From contig NC_057719.1 of the NCBI RefSeq assembly GCF_004010195.1, forward strand, positions 34,236,807-34,300,806: a DNA stretch of 64,000 nt, given 5' to 3'. The position numbers and the translations under genes were made by a program. Every line of letters begins with the position of its first letter. The stretch's first letter is position 1. Source of the DNA: Chiloscyllium plagiosum. Lineage: Eukaryota. The notes beneath the pieces are model-generated. The model did not search any database and was not told where the DNA came from. It saw only the letters and a list, made by a program, of their open reading frames with translations. Of this stretch, positions 1-11,500 are shown piece by piece.

Positions 1-229
1 CTCACCTTAACCTCCTTCCACCTATCGCATTCCCAATGCCCCTCCCCAAAGTCCCTCCTCCCTACCTTTTATCTTAGCCTGCTTGGCACACCTTCCTCAT
101 TGCTGAAGAAGGGCTTATGCCTGAAACGTCGATTCTCCTGTTCCTTGGATGCTGCCTGACCTGCTGCGCATTTTCAGCAACACATTTTCAGCTCTATTCT
201 CCAGCATCTGCAGCCCTCACTTTCTCCTA
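1..229 (+). mobile_element. Penelope-like element 3' end (family A), cut by window edge, with hammerhead motif at 103-130
   Basis: C-rich tract, then CTGAAGA-AGGGC-TTAT-GCCT-GAAA-CGTC and tail ggatgctgcctgacctgctg...ccagcatctgcag. The same tail follows GIY-YIG coding sequence at 49000-49728. Confidence 0.8.
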
Positions 230-713
230 GCACCATCATTCCCTTGGTTGATGAATTCAACATCCAAGCAGCTGCCAACCTTGAGCATAGTAACAGTTTG
301 GTAATGATTTACCAACACTGTCCTTAGGTCAGTATTTAAGTTGAATTATCTTTCAAAGTCAGTTCCCAAGAGAAAACATCTATCTTTGTTATATTCTCTT
401 TTAAAACATGTTAGTGTTCAGAGTTCAAAGTTCAATTCTTATTTTCAACCCACAATTCAAAACTGAAAAGTAAAAGAAAAATAGTGATGGTCTCTACATA
501 ATACAGAGATGGCATGGCTGGCATTTGCTTGCATATGCAGCTACACATTTCACAACCTCTCACTAATTACATACCAGACCACACAGCTTATATGTCCTTA
601 GCCACATCCCAGGTTACAACCTCTCTAAGTCATTACCACAACATAAGCCATACTTGTAATTACAGTTCAGTGAGGATTTCCAGAAGTATGCTACAATTAA
701 TACCAATAAGTGT

Positions 714-929
714 TTGTATGAATGTACAAGACTGCCATTTGGAGTATCACTAGCCTGTGCAATTTTTCAGCAGACTATGGAGAACATTTTACAAGACCTA
801 CTCCGAATCTCCATTTATCTGGATGATGTGCTTATAACAGGGAAGACCAATAAGAAGCATTTAGAGAACTTGGACATAGTGCTTAGGTGTTTCTCTGGGG
901 CAGGCATACACTATAGAAGGGAAAAATGA
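714..929 (+). pseudogene. Gypsy pol reverse transcriptase fragment
   Basis: LPFG and YLDD motifs in ORF 714..929; stops and frameshifts follow. Confidence 0.88.
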
Positions 930-1876
930 GTGTTCCAGACACCCTAAGTGACCTACTTGAACTACAGAGTCAACAAAACCAGGTTACATCTATTGAAAGG
1001 TAAAATGAGGGCAATCAAAGGTGCCACATCCCCCACCATAGGTCTTTCCATGGTTGGTGAGCTATTACAGAAGGTTTATACATAACCTGGCCACCGTCCT
1101 GGCACCTTTGCACTCTTAAAAATGGGTAAGGTTGAAAATGGTCACATAGCCAAGCTATAGCTTTCAGGGAAGTGAAGAAACAGCTATCATTCTCTTAGGT
1201 GTTGGCACACTATGATACCAAGTGAGATCTGGTAGGAAGCTCATATGTGGCCCAATGGAGAGGAACACCCCATAACATATGCATCCAGGACTTTGACAAA
1301 TGCAGCGTGTAGCGAAGGAAGATTTGGTGGTCATATCAGGAATCTAAAAGTTCCATCAATATCTTTACGGACGTAAATTTGTAGCAATAACAGACCACAA
1401 ACGGCTGCTAGGACTTAAAGAGGACAAGGTAGTGCTGTCCAGGACTTCAGGCTGAATTCAGCCCTGGGCTCGAATACTAAATGTGTATAATTACAAGTTG
1501 GAACACTGTCCGGGAGGCCAAGTTGCAAATGCAGATGCATTGAGCTGCCTCTCGCTGGCAGATACACCACCAGTGGTACCACTACTGAAAGAGTCTGTAA
1601 TGGTTTTTTAAAAATTTTCTGGACACATTTCCAGTCACAGCTGACAATATCAGACTTTGGATGCAGAAAGATCCAATCCTGGCCAAAGTGAACCAGCTAG
1701 TGGGGATGGGGGAAACTGAAGTGCCATCACAACCAGAAATGAAACCTTTTTGGACCTGGACTGATCAGGTCACAGTACAGGACAGCACATTATCATGGGG
1801 AGCAAGAATGATTGTCCAGAGCAAAAATGTTGGCTGGGTTTCATCAGGGTCATGCAAGTTGGTCACAGATAATGGA

Positions 1877-2080
1877 GGAGAAAGTGAGGTCTGCAGATGC
1901 TGGAGATCAAAGTTGAAACTTTATTGCTGGAACAGCACAGCAGGTCAGGCAGCATCCAGGGAACAGGAGATTCGACGTTTTGGGCACATTCCTGAAGAAG
2001 GGCCTGTGCCCGAAACGTCGAATCTCCTGTTCCCTGGATGCTGCCTGACCTGCTGTGCTGTTCCAGCAATAAAGTTTCAA
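1877..2080. mobile_element. Fold-back PLE family A insertion
   Basis: 77-bp inverted arms 1912-1988 / 2005-2081 with 1 mismatch. 13-bp TSD cacagataatgga at 1864-1876 and 2081-2093. Confidence 0.9.
1988..2023 (+). ncRNA. Minimal type I hammerhead ribozyme motif (best-preserved copy)
   Basis: AUUC-CUGAAGA-A-GGGC-CUGU-GCCC-GAAA-CG-UC/GAAU. Helix I AUUC:GAAU, helix II GGGC:GCCC, complete core, helix III reduced to palindromic ACGU. Confidence 0.78.
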
Positions 2081-2387
2081 CACAGATAATGGACCATTGT
2101 TTACTAGCAGGGAATTTGAGTATTTCCTAAAGTTGAGGATTCTCTCTCTCTATCAAGCATGAAGATACATTGAAATCTGAGATGGACATGACAGGTGTTG
2201 TCCTCTCAATGCCTTTGCCACTTGAAGAGGAGAATGAACTTCTTCCAAGACATTTTGGATGCAAGAGGTGAGCTACTGTGTATTATATGCTGCCTGTATT
2301 AGAGGCAGAGTTGGAGGAACCTGACCCGGTGCTAAAATATCCCAAGATGTGTTACTGAGTCACCCTCAAACTTAGCGGGGGACAGAC

Positions 2388-2606
2388 ATTGTGATTGTAA
2401 TAAGTTCATAGAATGTGAGTTCCCTGATTGCGGCTCTGAATCTGGTCCAATCGGGGAGTCCTGGCGGAAAGATATAAACAGGAGTGTCAGAGGCTCTGTT
2501 CACTCTGAGACCTGGCTCTAGGGGGTTGGATCAGTGTCAAGAGCTCTCCATGAGTAAATAAAGGGTGACTTAGTGTTGGGATACAAGCCTCTGTGGAGTT
2601 ACTTCA
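2388..2606 (+). repeat. 3' LTR of the Gypsy element
   Basis: Follows purine tract agcgggggacaga (~2374-2386). TATA-like gatataaa at ~2471, aataaa at ~2556, ends ...acttca. Confidence 0.7.
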
Positions 2607-2629
2607 AATTAGTATCAGAAATAAAATTG

Positions 2630-2878
2630 AAAGGAGTAAAATTATTTTACACAGTGAGTGATTAGGTTCTGGAATGGACTGCCTGAGAACGTGGTGGAGG
2701 TAGGTACAACTGAGGCATTCAACATGGAATTAAATGATTATTTCGAAAGGAAGAATGTGCAGGGTAACCCAGAGAACGCAGAAGGATGGCACTACATGAG
2801 ACTTTCATTTGGTGAGCCAACAGAAAATAGTAGGTCAATTGGCCTTTCTCTGCACTGTTACAATTCTTTGATTCTCTG
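2630..2878 (+). mobile_element. Old CR1 LINE 3' fragment
   Basis: WNGLPENVVEVGT-like ORF2 C-terminus and tail ggcctttctctgcactgttacaattctttgattct. Confidence 0.75.
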
Positions 2879-3052
2879 AAATGGCATCTTGGGCAGTCAG
2901 AGCATTTCTGAGCTGAAATAGTATTGAAAATACAAGCAATACACAACTGAATTTTGCAATTCTTTACTCTTACACTCCAAACTTTTCAGAATAAAGATTT
3001 CATAATAAACAATTATTTGTTTTCCTCTTTCTTTTTTGCACCTGCATGTCTT

Positions 3053-3138
3053 CACCTGACAAAGGAGCAGTGCTCCAAAAGCTTGTGATCTAAAATAAAT
3101 CTGTTGGACTAGTATCCGGTGTCATGTGACTTCTGACT
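3053..3138 (+). mobile_element. PLE family B terminal fragment with decayed hammerhead
   Basis: ctgacaaaggagcagtgctccaaaagctt...aaataaatctgttggact; matches 7898-7980 and 62968-63060. Confidence 0.7.
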
Positions 3139-4231
3139 GAAAACATGGCAACATGTTAGTGAGGTGATAGTTAAGATATTTCAGGTCCCAAAATTTCCCC
3201 AATAAAAGGCATACATCATGCACACTGCATCACACCCAGGCTTCCCAACTGCCTCCTGCAAAACACCTTCTCGACATCCACCTGAAACCTGTTAAAAGTG
3301 ACCCTATGGCTTTAGAACAGAACTTTCTGATTTTTCTATTCCCTTTTGCAGTTTTAATTACCGATTTGCTTCCAAGCTTCTTTCATTAATTAAAGAAAAG
3401 ACAGTGTAATTACTTTTTTGGCATAATTAAAAGCTCATTTTTGAAAAATTGACAGCAGCAACAAAATGTGCAAATTAAATTTCAATAATGGTATGGCATT
3501 CACATTATGTCAAGCACAAATCTCTTAATCAGCTGACAAATAATCCCTTTGCTTTGTACTTTAGGGAATCACAGAGAATTTCATGTTAATTATTTCACCC
3601 TGTGGGGTGTTTGTTGAAAAGGAAATACACAGGGTGCATTCTTTAAACTAGATTTTTATAATGAGCTATGCAGTGTGCTAGGCGATACAAGCCTAAAAGG
3701 ACTATTAATCCCCATTTTCTTCTATATTTCAAAAACTGAGCTAGCACAATTATATGCAACTAATTTTATGGATCTAAAACCTTTCTAATGATCTTTGCCA
3801 CAAGTACAGATGAAATTTGACTTAATATATGCTGTTGAATACCTTATTTTAGCATCATTTAAAAAAGGATTTTACTTCACTAATGAAATAATAATATGAT
3901 AAACCCTACTCTTTATTCTGCTCCCATAATTGTTATCACTTTGATGACTTGCTCAGAACAGCTAAACTGTGCAGTGCAGTGAATTATCCTTTCCTACCAC
4001 CAATAAAGCATGCATGCTACCTTCCATTATATAAATTCATTGTCGGCCTCTAATCATAAAACTCAGAAACATCAATGATATCTTTACAATGTTTGCTTGA
4101 ATCAAAATTTGCCAAAGTTTATATCTGACAATTGTTTGTTTACGAAGACAAAGCTGTATTGGAATGTGCAAGAAACATCTCTTGCTATCATATCTGACTC
4201 AACCACAATGCTCACTACTAGGCATTTTTAA

Positions 4232-4312
4232 TCAACCTATTCAGTGATGTTATTAAACACCTTTGGAGCAGGTGGAACTTGAACCCAGGTCTCCTAACTC
4301 AGAGCTAGGGTC
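4232..4312 (-). mobile_element. Short tRNA-derived SINE-like element
   Basis: B-box gggttcaagttcc on the minus strand; similar to 28533-28626, 44678-44785 and 58850-58965. Confidence 0.55.
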
Positions 4313-5292
4313 ACAAGAATCCACACTAGGCTTAAGAAAAGCTATCCTGTAAACTGAAGTCCTCTGCCAGTCCTCTGCCAACCACTTCTCTTAATTGCGC
4401 TTCTATTTTACATTTGATCACCAACTAATGCTTATCTTTGTTATATTCTTCAATCTACCTTGATGGTCAAGTGCTCACTCTCCACGCACATAACGGCTGA
4501 TCATGAATGATGTCTCATCGCAAAATACAAGCACATGATTGTCTTCAATTTTTTAAGCTTCGGAAATAAAATTATTCTCAATGAATCAAGCTGAGGTTAA
4601 ATTAGTCTCAGATCTGCTCTCCATAAGAATAAATTTATGATCACATTTTACAGTTCAAATGTGCTTTTAATTAATTTTTATACTTCGCAGCGTGAAGGAC
4701 GTCCCTGACGGTTATGCAGTGTTGTTGGGTAGGAGTGACATCTAGAAGAATAGCATGATCAGCTTCAGAACACAGCCTGTCTACTCTCCCCACAAAACTA
4801 TGCCTTCTGCTTAATTCTGTAGAACAGCTCCAGCTACACAACTATGAATCCTTTTTCCTTTCCCAAAAGAAGTGATTTTGTTGAGATCTGTGATTGAGTT
4901 GACCAGTTTAGTGTCATATAAATTATACTTGTTTTCCTTTCAGGGTCATAAAGGAATTCCTCTGGTTATAGCTTAAGTACTAGAACGTGCCCTGTTTGAA
5001 TACATAAATTCCAATTACTCTGTAGCTATTACTCTTGTGAAGTGTGAGGCACAGTTAATCTGTTCAAGTTATACTGCAGAAGGAGCCCTATTAAGGCAAA
5101 TTGACAAAAGAGCTCTGCAGGTGTGTTGGTTTCAACAAATGACTAATTTAAACATTTGGAGCACGTTGGGCAGAAACGTTTGCTTTGTTATCAACATAAA
5201 AATATTGGAAAATAAATGATTAAAAGGCCAAAGGAATATCACTGCTCACTTGGAATACAGATTCACACCAGACTCATGTTGCATTGCACTCT

Positions 5293-5497
5293 AATAAAAG
5301 CAAAGTATTGCAGATGCAGGAAATCTGAAATTAAAACAGAAAATACTGGAGAAACTCAGCAGGTCTGGCAGTAATTGTGGAGAGAGAAAAACAGAGTTGA
5401 TGTTCTAATCGGATTTTGGACGTGAAACTTTAACTTTGTATCTGTCTTCATTGATGCTGCCAGACGTGTTGACTTTTTCTAGCCCTTCCTTTTGATA
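5293..5497. mobile_element. Fold-back PLE family C insertion
   Basis: gcagatgcaggaaatctgaaa...actcagcaggtctggcag followed by an inverted copy gatgctgccagac. 14-bp TSD ttgcattg(c/t)actct at 5279-5292 and 5498-5511. Confidence 0.72.
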
Positions 5498-5545
5498 TTG
5501 CATTGTACTCTCTTAGTTTTGCAGTCTTCATAAATACTGAAAAAC

Positions 5546-6406
5546 TGTGGATGTACCAGCTTTCACCTTTAAATAGCTAACTCCCACTTTCTACTCCCAA
5601 CAATCATTGGGTTGTACCAGACTTACACTTAGGTCCTAATTAAGTTCCAGCGCTTCCAATGTACTGAATGTACTCATTCAGCATTGTATGATTTCTAATG
5701 GGTCAGGGCCAGATTTCAATTTATTCAGTCATTTTCACATTAATGTGCACTTTGAAACCAATATGAGTTAGTGTGTAATAAACAACATAGCTTCACCCTG
5801 AAACTATAAGCAGGCACAGCAACAGACATTTATAAATATTGTATATTAATATAATTTTAATTTCATGCAAACCTTACTTTACTTTAATTGCAACTTCTAA
5901 AACAAGTGATTGTTGATAATTTCGGAGATGGTTGTCACCAACTCCAAACATGGTTTCAGTTTTAGCTCTCATATGGAACACCATAATTGTGGCCATCTGT
6001 TTCTCTTATTGTCTGATGAACATTAAATCATTTATTAGTATGCAACAGAGAATAAACCAACATTTGGCATTGTTGTAGCCCAAATGTTCCAACAGAAATA
6101 AACATTTCATATGACAGTTTCACACATAGAAACTATTTTCAAGGTGCAGGCATCACATTCCACCCATGTGCCTCCTCAGACTCTACTTAACCCATTCAAC
6201 AACCAGCAACATAATCTAACTTCCAAACTAAATGAAAATGCTATATAAGTCTGGAACAATAACATCACAAAATGCTGGATGAGTACATCCATTTGAAGCC
6301 ATGAAACTTAATTAGGACCTAAGGGTAAGTCTGGTATATCCCAATGGCTGTTGGGAGAAAGAAAGCAGTAGTTAGCTATTTAAAGGTGAAAGCTAATATA
6401 TCCACA
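5546..6406. repeat. Diverged ~120-bp inverted repeat pair with ~620-bp spacer (possible old DNA transposon)
   Basis: 5546-5664 is the reverse complement of 6283-6406, e.g. agctttcacctttaaatagctaact / agttagctatttaaaggtgaaagct and ttaggtcctaattaagtt / aacttaattaggacctaa. Confidence 0.8.
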
Positions 6407-6999
6407 TTACTCACATTGAATCCTACACAGCTGCAAGTCTTAATTTTTCTCCTCTTTTGCATTGAAACCTCCTGGGTCATCTTTTCCAGATAGCTCTCTC
6501 TCTCTTTCTCTCTCCAATAGGTCCAGCAAAACTAGAATTGATTTGACACTGATGTTGCTATGCTCACTGGGAGCATTTTCCTGAATATACTCATGCTCTC
6601 TTTGCTCTTTGAAATCTGCTGGATCTTTTATAGCTAGAATGATGTCTCCAACATTCAGCTGACAGTTTTAAGAGAAAAAGAAACTGCTTCCAAGTTAGCA
6701 CCAATCGGTCAATAAACTTAGTTTTCTTCCTGGCACTTCATATGTGATCAATAAGTTCCCAATACTCCAAATGTTGTTGCCACATCCAGGATGGATCTTA
6801 TGTCTGATGTTCAAGAGAATGAACATTCATATGATCAAAAACAACTGTTACATAAATCAGCTCAAGTCAGAATGGGAAATACCAGCTTTTGAAATACTAG
6901 CACCAAACCATCATTATGTTTATTTTGGAAGTGTGCACTCCTTACGCACAGAAGAACTTTGCACCATTTTTTCAAATTTTCAATGTTTCTTCCTGTCAT

Positions 7000-8018
7000 A
7001 ACTAAAAATCACACAACACCAGGTTATAATCCAACAAGTTTATTTGGAAGTACAAGTTTTCAGAGCATTGCTCGTTCATCAGGTAGCAAGTGAGGCAGGA
7101 TCACAGGACACAGAATTTATTACAAAAGATCATAGTGTCATACAACTGATGTGATACATTGAATAAATCTATATTGCTGTTAAGTCTTTTATCTTTTAGA
7201 ACAGGTTGCAAGATTCGATTCATTAATATGTAAATCCCAGAACTTCTTTAAAGTCACATTCCTGAGATAACGTAAGGTTTCATAAAAGAAATGACATCTC
7301 AGCTCAGACAACACATTAAAAGTATGAGGTTAGCATCTGTCTGTATCCCAATCTTGAGTTAGACTGGTTTTATTTTCAAAGTAGGAATTTATAAAATGTC
7401 ACATGGAAAATGAAAAATATTGACTGCCAACAAATTGTGTGCTTTTTGAACAAAATTGAATGTTTCTGCAAATGCAAATTCACCCCATAGAAATATCACT
7501 GTGTGTGCATACATGAGAGTGAGAGTGAGAGTGAGAGTGAGAGAGTGAGTGAGTGAGTGTGAGAGAGAGAGAGAGAAAAAAAATGAGTGTAGAAAGCGTA
7601 GTGGAGTCACCTGTAGAATGACATAAACCCAAGGTCCAGTTTGAGGCCATCCTGATGGGTTTCAAACTTGGCTATCAGTCTCTGCTCGGCCATTCTGCAT
7701 TGCTGTGAATCCTGAAGTTCACCTTGGAGGATGGTCACCTGAAGATCCAAGGCCAATTGTGGCTTGAAAAAAGTTCTGGGATTTACATATCAATTTACAT
7801 TCTAAAAGATGAAAGACTTAACAGCAATCTAGGTTTGTTCAATATATTGCATCGGTTGTATGATATCTTTTGCTATAAATTCTGCCTCACGAGCTATCTG
7901 ATGAAGGAGCAGAACTCTGAAAACTTGCACTTCCAAATAAACCTGTTGGACTATAATCTGGTGTTGTGTGATTTTAACTTTGTCCATCCCAGTCCAACAC
8001 CCACACCTCCACATCATG
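7000..8018. mobile_element. PLE family B (Neptune-like): minus-strand 3' portion plus inverted partial terminal copy
   Basis: Minus 7747-7607 reads DLQVTILQGELQDSQQCRMAEQRLIAKFETHQDGLKLDLGFMSFYR* (GIY-YIG C-terminus). Hammerhead motifs at 7054-7082 (-) and 7898-7926 (+). TSD tcttcctgtcat at 6988-6999 and 8019-8030. Confidence 0.82.
7514..7575 (+). repeat. Compound (GAGAGT)n/(GAGT)n/(GA)n microsatellite in PLE 3' UTR
   Basis: Direct reading of the sequence. Confidence 0.95.
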
Positions 8019-8117
8019 TCTTCCTGTCATGTCATTGCACAGTTCTCCAAACACTTCCATTATCTCTCCAAATTGCATGTGTTCACATGTGAGTGAAGAA
8101 AGTACTTCCTGTTAGAT

Positions 8118-8465
8118 GTTTTCATTCACTTGTGGGACTTGAGCATCACTGGCTGGGCTAGCATTTGATTCCCTTGTGAAGCTGATGGTAAGCCTTTCCT
8201 GAAGGCCCGAAACATTGATTCTCCTGTTCCCTGGATGCTGCCTGACCTGCTGCGCTTTTCCAGCAACACATTTTCAGCTCAAGCTGATGGTAAGCTGCCT
8301 TATTGAAGTCCTGCAGTCCATGCGCTGTAGGTAGATGCACAACGCCCTTAGGGATGGAATTCCAGGATTTTGAACCAGAATCAATGAAGGAATTATGCTG
8401 TATTTCTAAGTCAGGATGGTGAGTGGCTTGGAAGGGAACCTGCAGGTGGTGGTGTTCCCAAGTAT
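8118..8465 (-). mobile_element. CR1/L2-group LINE 3' tail (second family)
   Basis: Matches 43015-43360 and the reverse of 26770-27040; interrupted at 8194-8280. Confidence 0.7.
8194..8280 (+). mobile_element. Short PLE family A insertion
   Basis: cctgaaggcccgaaacattg...; 15-bp TSD aagctgatggtaagc at 8179-8193 and 8281-8295. Confidence 0.85.
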
Positions 8466-8472
8466 CCTGGAA

Positions 8473-8597
8473 TTCTGATGAAGAGTCATACCAGACTTGA
8501 AACACTAACTCTGCTTTCTTCCCATAGATGCTGTCAGAAATGTTGAAGTTTCTGTTTTTGTTTCAGATCTCCAGCTTCTACAGTTCTTTGTTTTATT
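8473..8597 (+). mobile_element. PLE family C terminal fragment with hammerhead motif
   Basis: CTGATGA-AGAGTC-ATACCA-GACTT-GAAA at ~8475-8502, then tail tttcagatctccagcttctacag. Confidence 0.7.
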
Positions 8598-11500
8598 TTA
8601 CTATTACAGTTATCATATTCATTAAGACTCTTAACATGGTAAAGCCATAAGGATATCAGTAGTACCGGATTGCTTTGAGAAATCCTTAGCACTGTATACA
8701 TTGTGTGTTCATGAAGTATGGGATGAAAGTACATTTTCAGACCCATCATTTCAGATATACCAATAGATCAATACCACTCCCTCGGAGTACAGGGGGTGAA
8801 TGTATATGGGGACAAATAAAACCAACAGCAGACAATTGTATCATTATCACTGTTTCAAAACACAGTGACAAGACATTTGTTGTATCAGCAATAGTAGTAT
8901 ACTTGTATATAAAACCCGAACTGAGAAGTACGATAAACTGTGACAAATTAGCAGACCCAGTGTATAAGCTGACTTCATTTTACCTGCCCCAAAAATCATA
9001 TTTTTCCAACGTTTGACTAATAAAGCAACCCCACTCCCCTTCAGCTATGCCATAATATAATCACATTAGAAGTCAGCACCAAAGTCTCACCCAAAAAAAG
9101 ATATTTTACTTACTGATACCTTTTAATGGACATGAGGAATAAATGAGGTGATATAAACTATTTTGAGAAGACGCATAGGAGTTTAAGACATGCCTCTCTG
9201 CATTGGATCTTGATTTCAAAATAGTGACACCCTAAACCACATCAGTAGTTAATTTTTACACAAGGCTTATAAATCGGTACAATTTTCTGTAAATTTTCAA
9301 AGGTCAACTTAGATGTCATTATCAACAGTTTCCTATGTTTAGCAGAAGGATTTGGGTGGCACTGTGCCAGAGAGGATGATGGTTGAGCACCTCACCATCT
9401 TCCCACCTCCATCCTGCTTTCGTCCATGACATGGAGGCCTCTGGACAGTCTTTTAAATCAGTTGAAACTGCTTGAAAAGTGCATCTGCTTGTAACCTGCC
9501 TCTAAGCAGAAGAAGATATGATGTGAGAAACCAGGAAAACTGAGAAATCCAACCAAAGGTCATTTCACTACCAACTAACTTTCACTATGACTGGGTTGTG
9601 ATTTCCTGGGAAGGTACCCTGTGAACTGGGGGACCGACTGGCTGGAGTTGCATGAAGGTTTTTGCAACTGCTGTGCTTTGGTTCTGGCACTGGTGTTGAA
9701 TATCAGTTAATTTTGCTAGAACAAGGTGCTTGGCAGGCTTATAGCCATGGCATTGGTGTTTAACCTGCAGCATTTAAAGTACATCTTTCACAGGCTAGAA
9801 ATTACCCATCTGCAAAATGAAAAGCACTCCAGGCTGCATGATTGTTCATTGCTCCATTTCTCATCTTTCTTTTTGCAGCAAACAAAATTACACAGATTAC
9901 ACGTTGAACTGCACGTAAAGACACAAGAAATATGGAGGGATGTGGCAGAGACCACGGCCACATGGAACCCAACACTGGTACACACTTGATGCAAGATATC
10001 TTGTTTCCAGCCCTACAATCTGTCTGCCTTTTTCACACTGACATGGGCTTATCAAGGCTTTGGCATAATTACAAAAGCAGCCAGCCAGCAATATATAGTT
10101 CTGCCTGATAACAGTCAGTGTTGCTGAAGACGGATGAATATGAGAAATCAGGATAGTATCAATGGAGAACAAGAGGAAGAGATGGAAGCATCTTCAACTT
10201 AGCTATGGACAATAGGCAGCACAACACCACCAGGTTAAACATTGCCTGAGCCAGCTGTACACAAATACCCTTGTTCTGACCCACTCACCCTATTATGTCA
10301 GTCATTGAAGGTCACTCCATTTCACCCTAACTCACTCAGTCACCCTCATTCATCGACAGCCTCAATCATGGGAGAAATAATAGGCTTCCCTCTTTAAACC
10401 ATATTAATTCTTCTGTACTCTTGTGCCTTGTTCACAACATACTCCTGGAGTTGAGGAAAGAGGAAGCTAGGGAAGATGAGAATTGACTCTTGGGCCTTAA
10501 AGATCAGACATTTTGCTGAACATTAATATGGACATTTTAAAATGATCGTGACTCTTTGACTAATATACACCACAAAAAATCCCAATCTGCAAGATGCATA
10601 TTAGCCAATTTGTGTTCAGATTATCTTATTCTACAATTTTAACTCCTACTATGAAACTGGAATAGCCTACTATCGATAAGATGATTAAAAGCTTTTTTTA
10701 ACAATTATAATGTGAAGCTGCAAGGCTGAAACAAAGAAACTTTCATTCTGTATTGTGTATGTATCAATATATTGAAAAGAGATTTCCGTGATATATTCCC
10801 GAGAGAGGAGAAAGGCAATAGGAAGAGACACCATAAAGAGACTGAAGTGTAGGAGGAATCATATTCATATATATTTTAAATGCATCTCTTCCAAAACAAA
10901 ATGGTTTGGTCAACTGTATTCTGAATTGTCTTTTATTTCTAGGAATTGTCTAGAATTATGGTTGATTGTTGCCACTGAGTGAAATAATTACCGACAGTGG
11001 TGTGGCTGCATATCTCTACACCTGGGTCAGAAAACGTGAGTTTATGTTCCACCTGCTCGAGAGGGGTATTGCAGCAAATACAAATGTATTGATTAAAATT
11101 ATCTACAACTAGTATTGGGCTATATCCCAAAACATATGAACAAATAAAAAGAACAATCCTCCAACATTTGAAGAGTCCATGGTATTTCAGTTAGGAGAAT
11201 AGTTAAGTGATGAAGCTCTTCGATGCGATTGGCAAGTCGAAATACAGGGACTTCAAGTATTTGGATATGAAACCCTTAAAGATATCCTGAGGAAGTGAAG
11301 GACATATGTGAAAGTCAAGTCATTCTTTCTGTCAATTAACACTGACCCAACAAAAAAAGTGTTCTGTCTGGTGTCTAGTAACCATATCTGTCTGGCGACC
11401 CTCGATTCTAAAATTGGAAATAGAATACGAAAACGTGATCTTTTGTCAAAACACACTGTTTGTTTAGAATACATCTAATACTTACATTCAGGCATCAAGT

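Larger units (their letters stand above)
700..2606 (+). mobile_element. Degenerate, internally deleted Ty3/Gypsy LTR retrotransposon (RT, RNase H, integrase, PPT, 3' LTR)
   Basis: RT RLPFGV...IFQQTME...IYLDDVLI (714-929). RNase H ITDHKRLLG (~1385) and ANADALS (~1525). Integrase LVTDNG|PLFTSREF, split by an insertion at 1877-2080. Domain order RT-RH-IN. Confidence 0.9.

Noticed and set aside
231..640. Possible minus-strand solo LTR (also 19880-20400)
   Set aside because: Only compositional hints and a TG/CA end; no partner LTR, PBS/PPT or TSD established.
1661..2089. 142-aa ORF
   Set aside because: Chimera of decayed Gypsy pol and the fold-back insertion.
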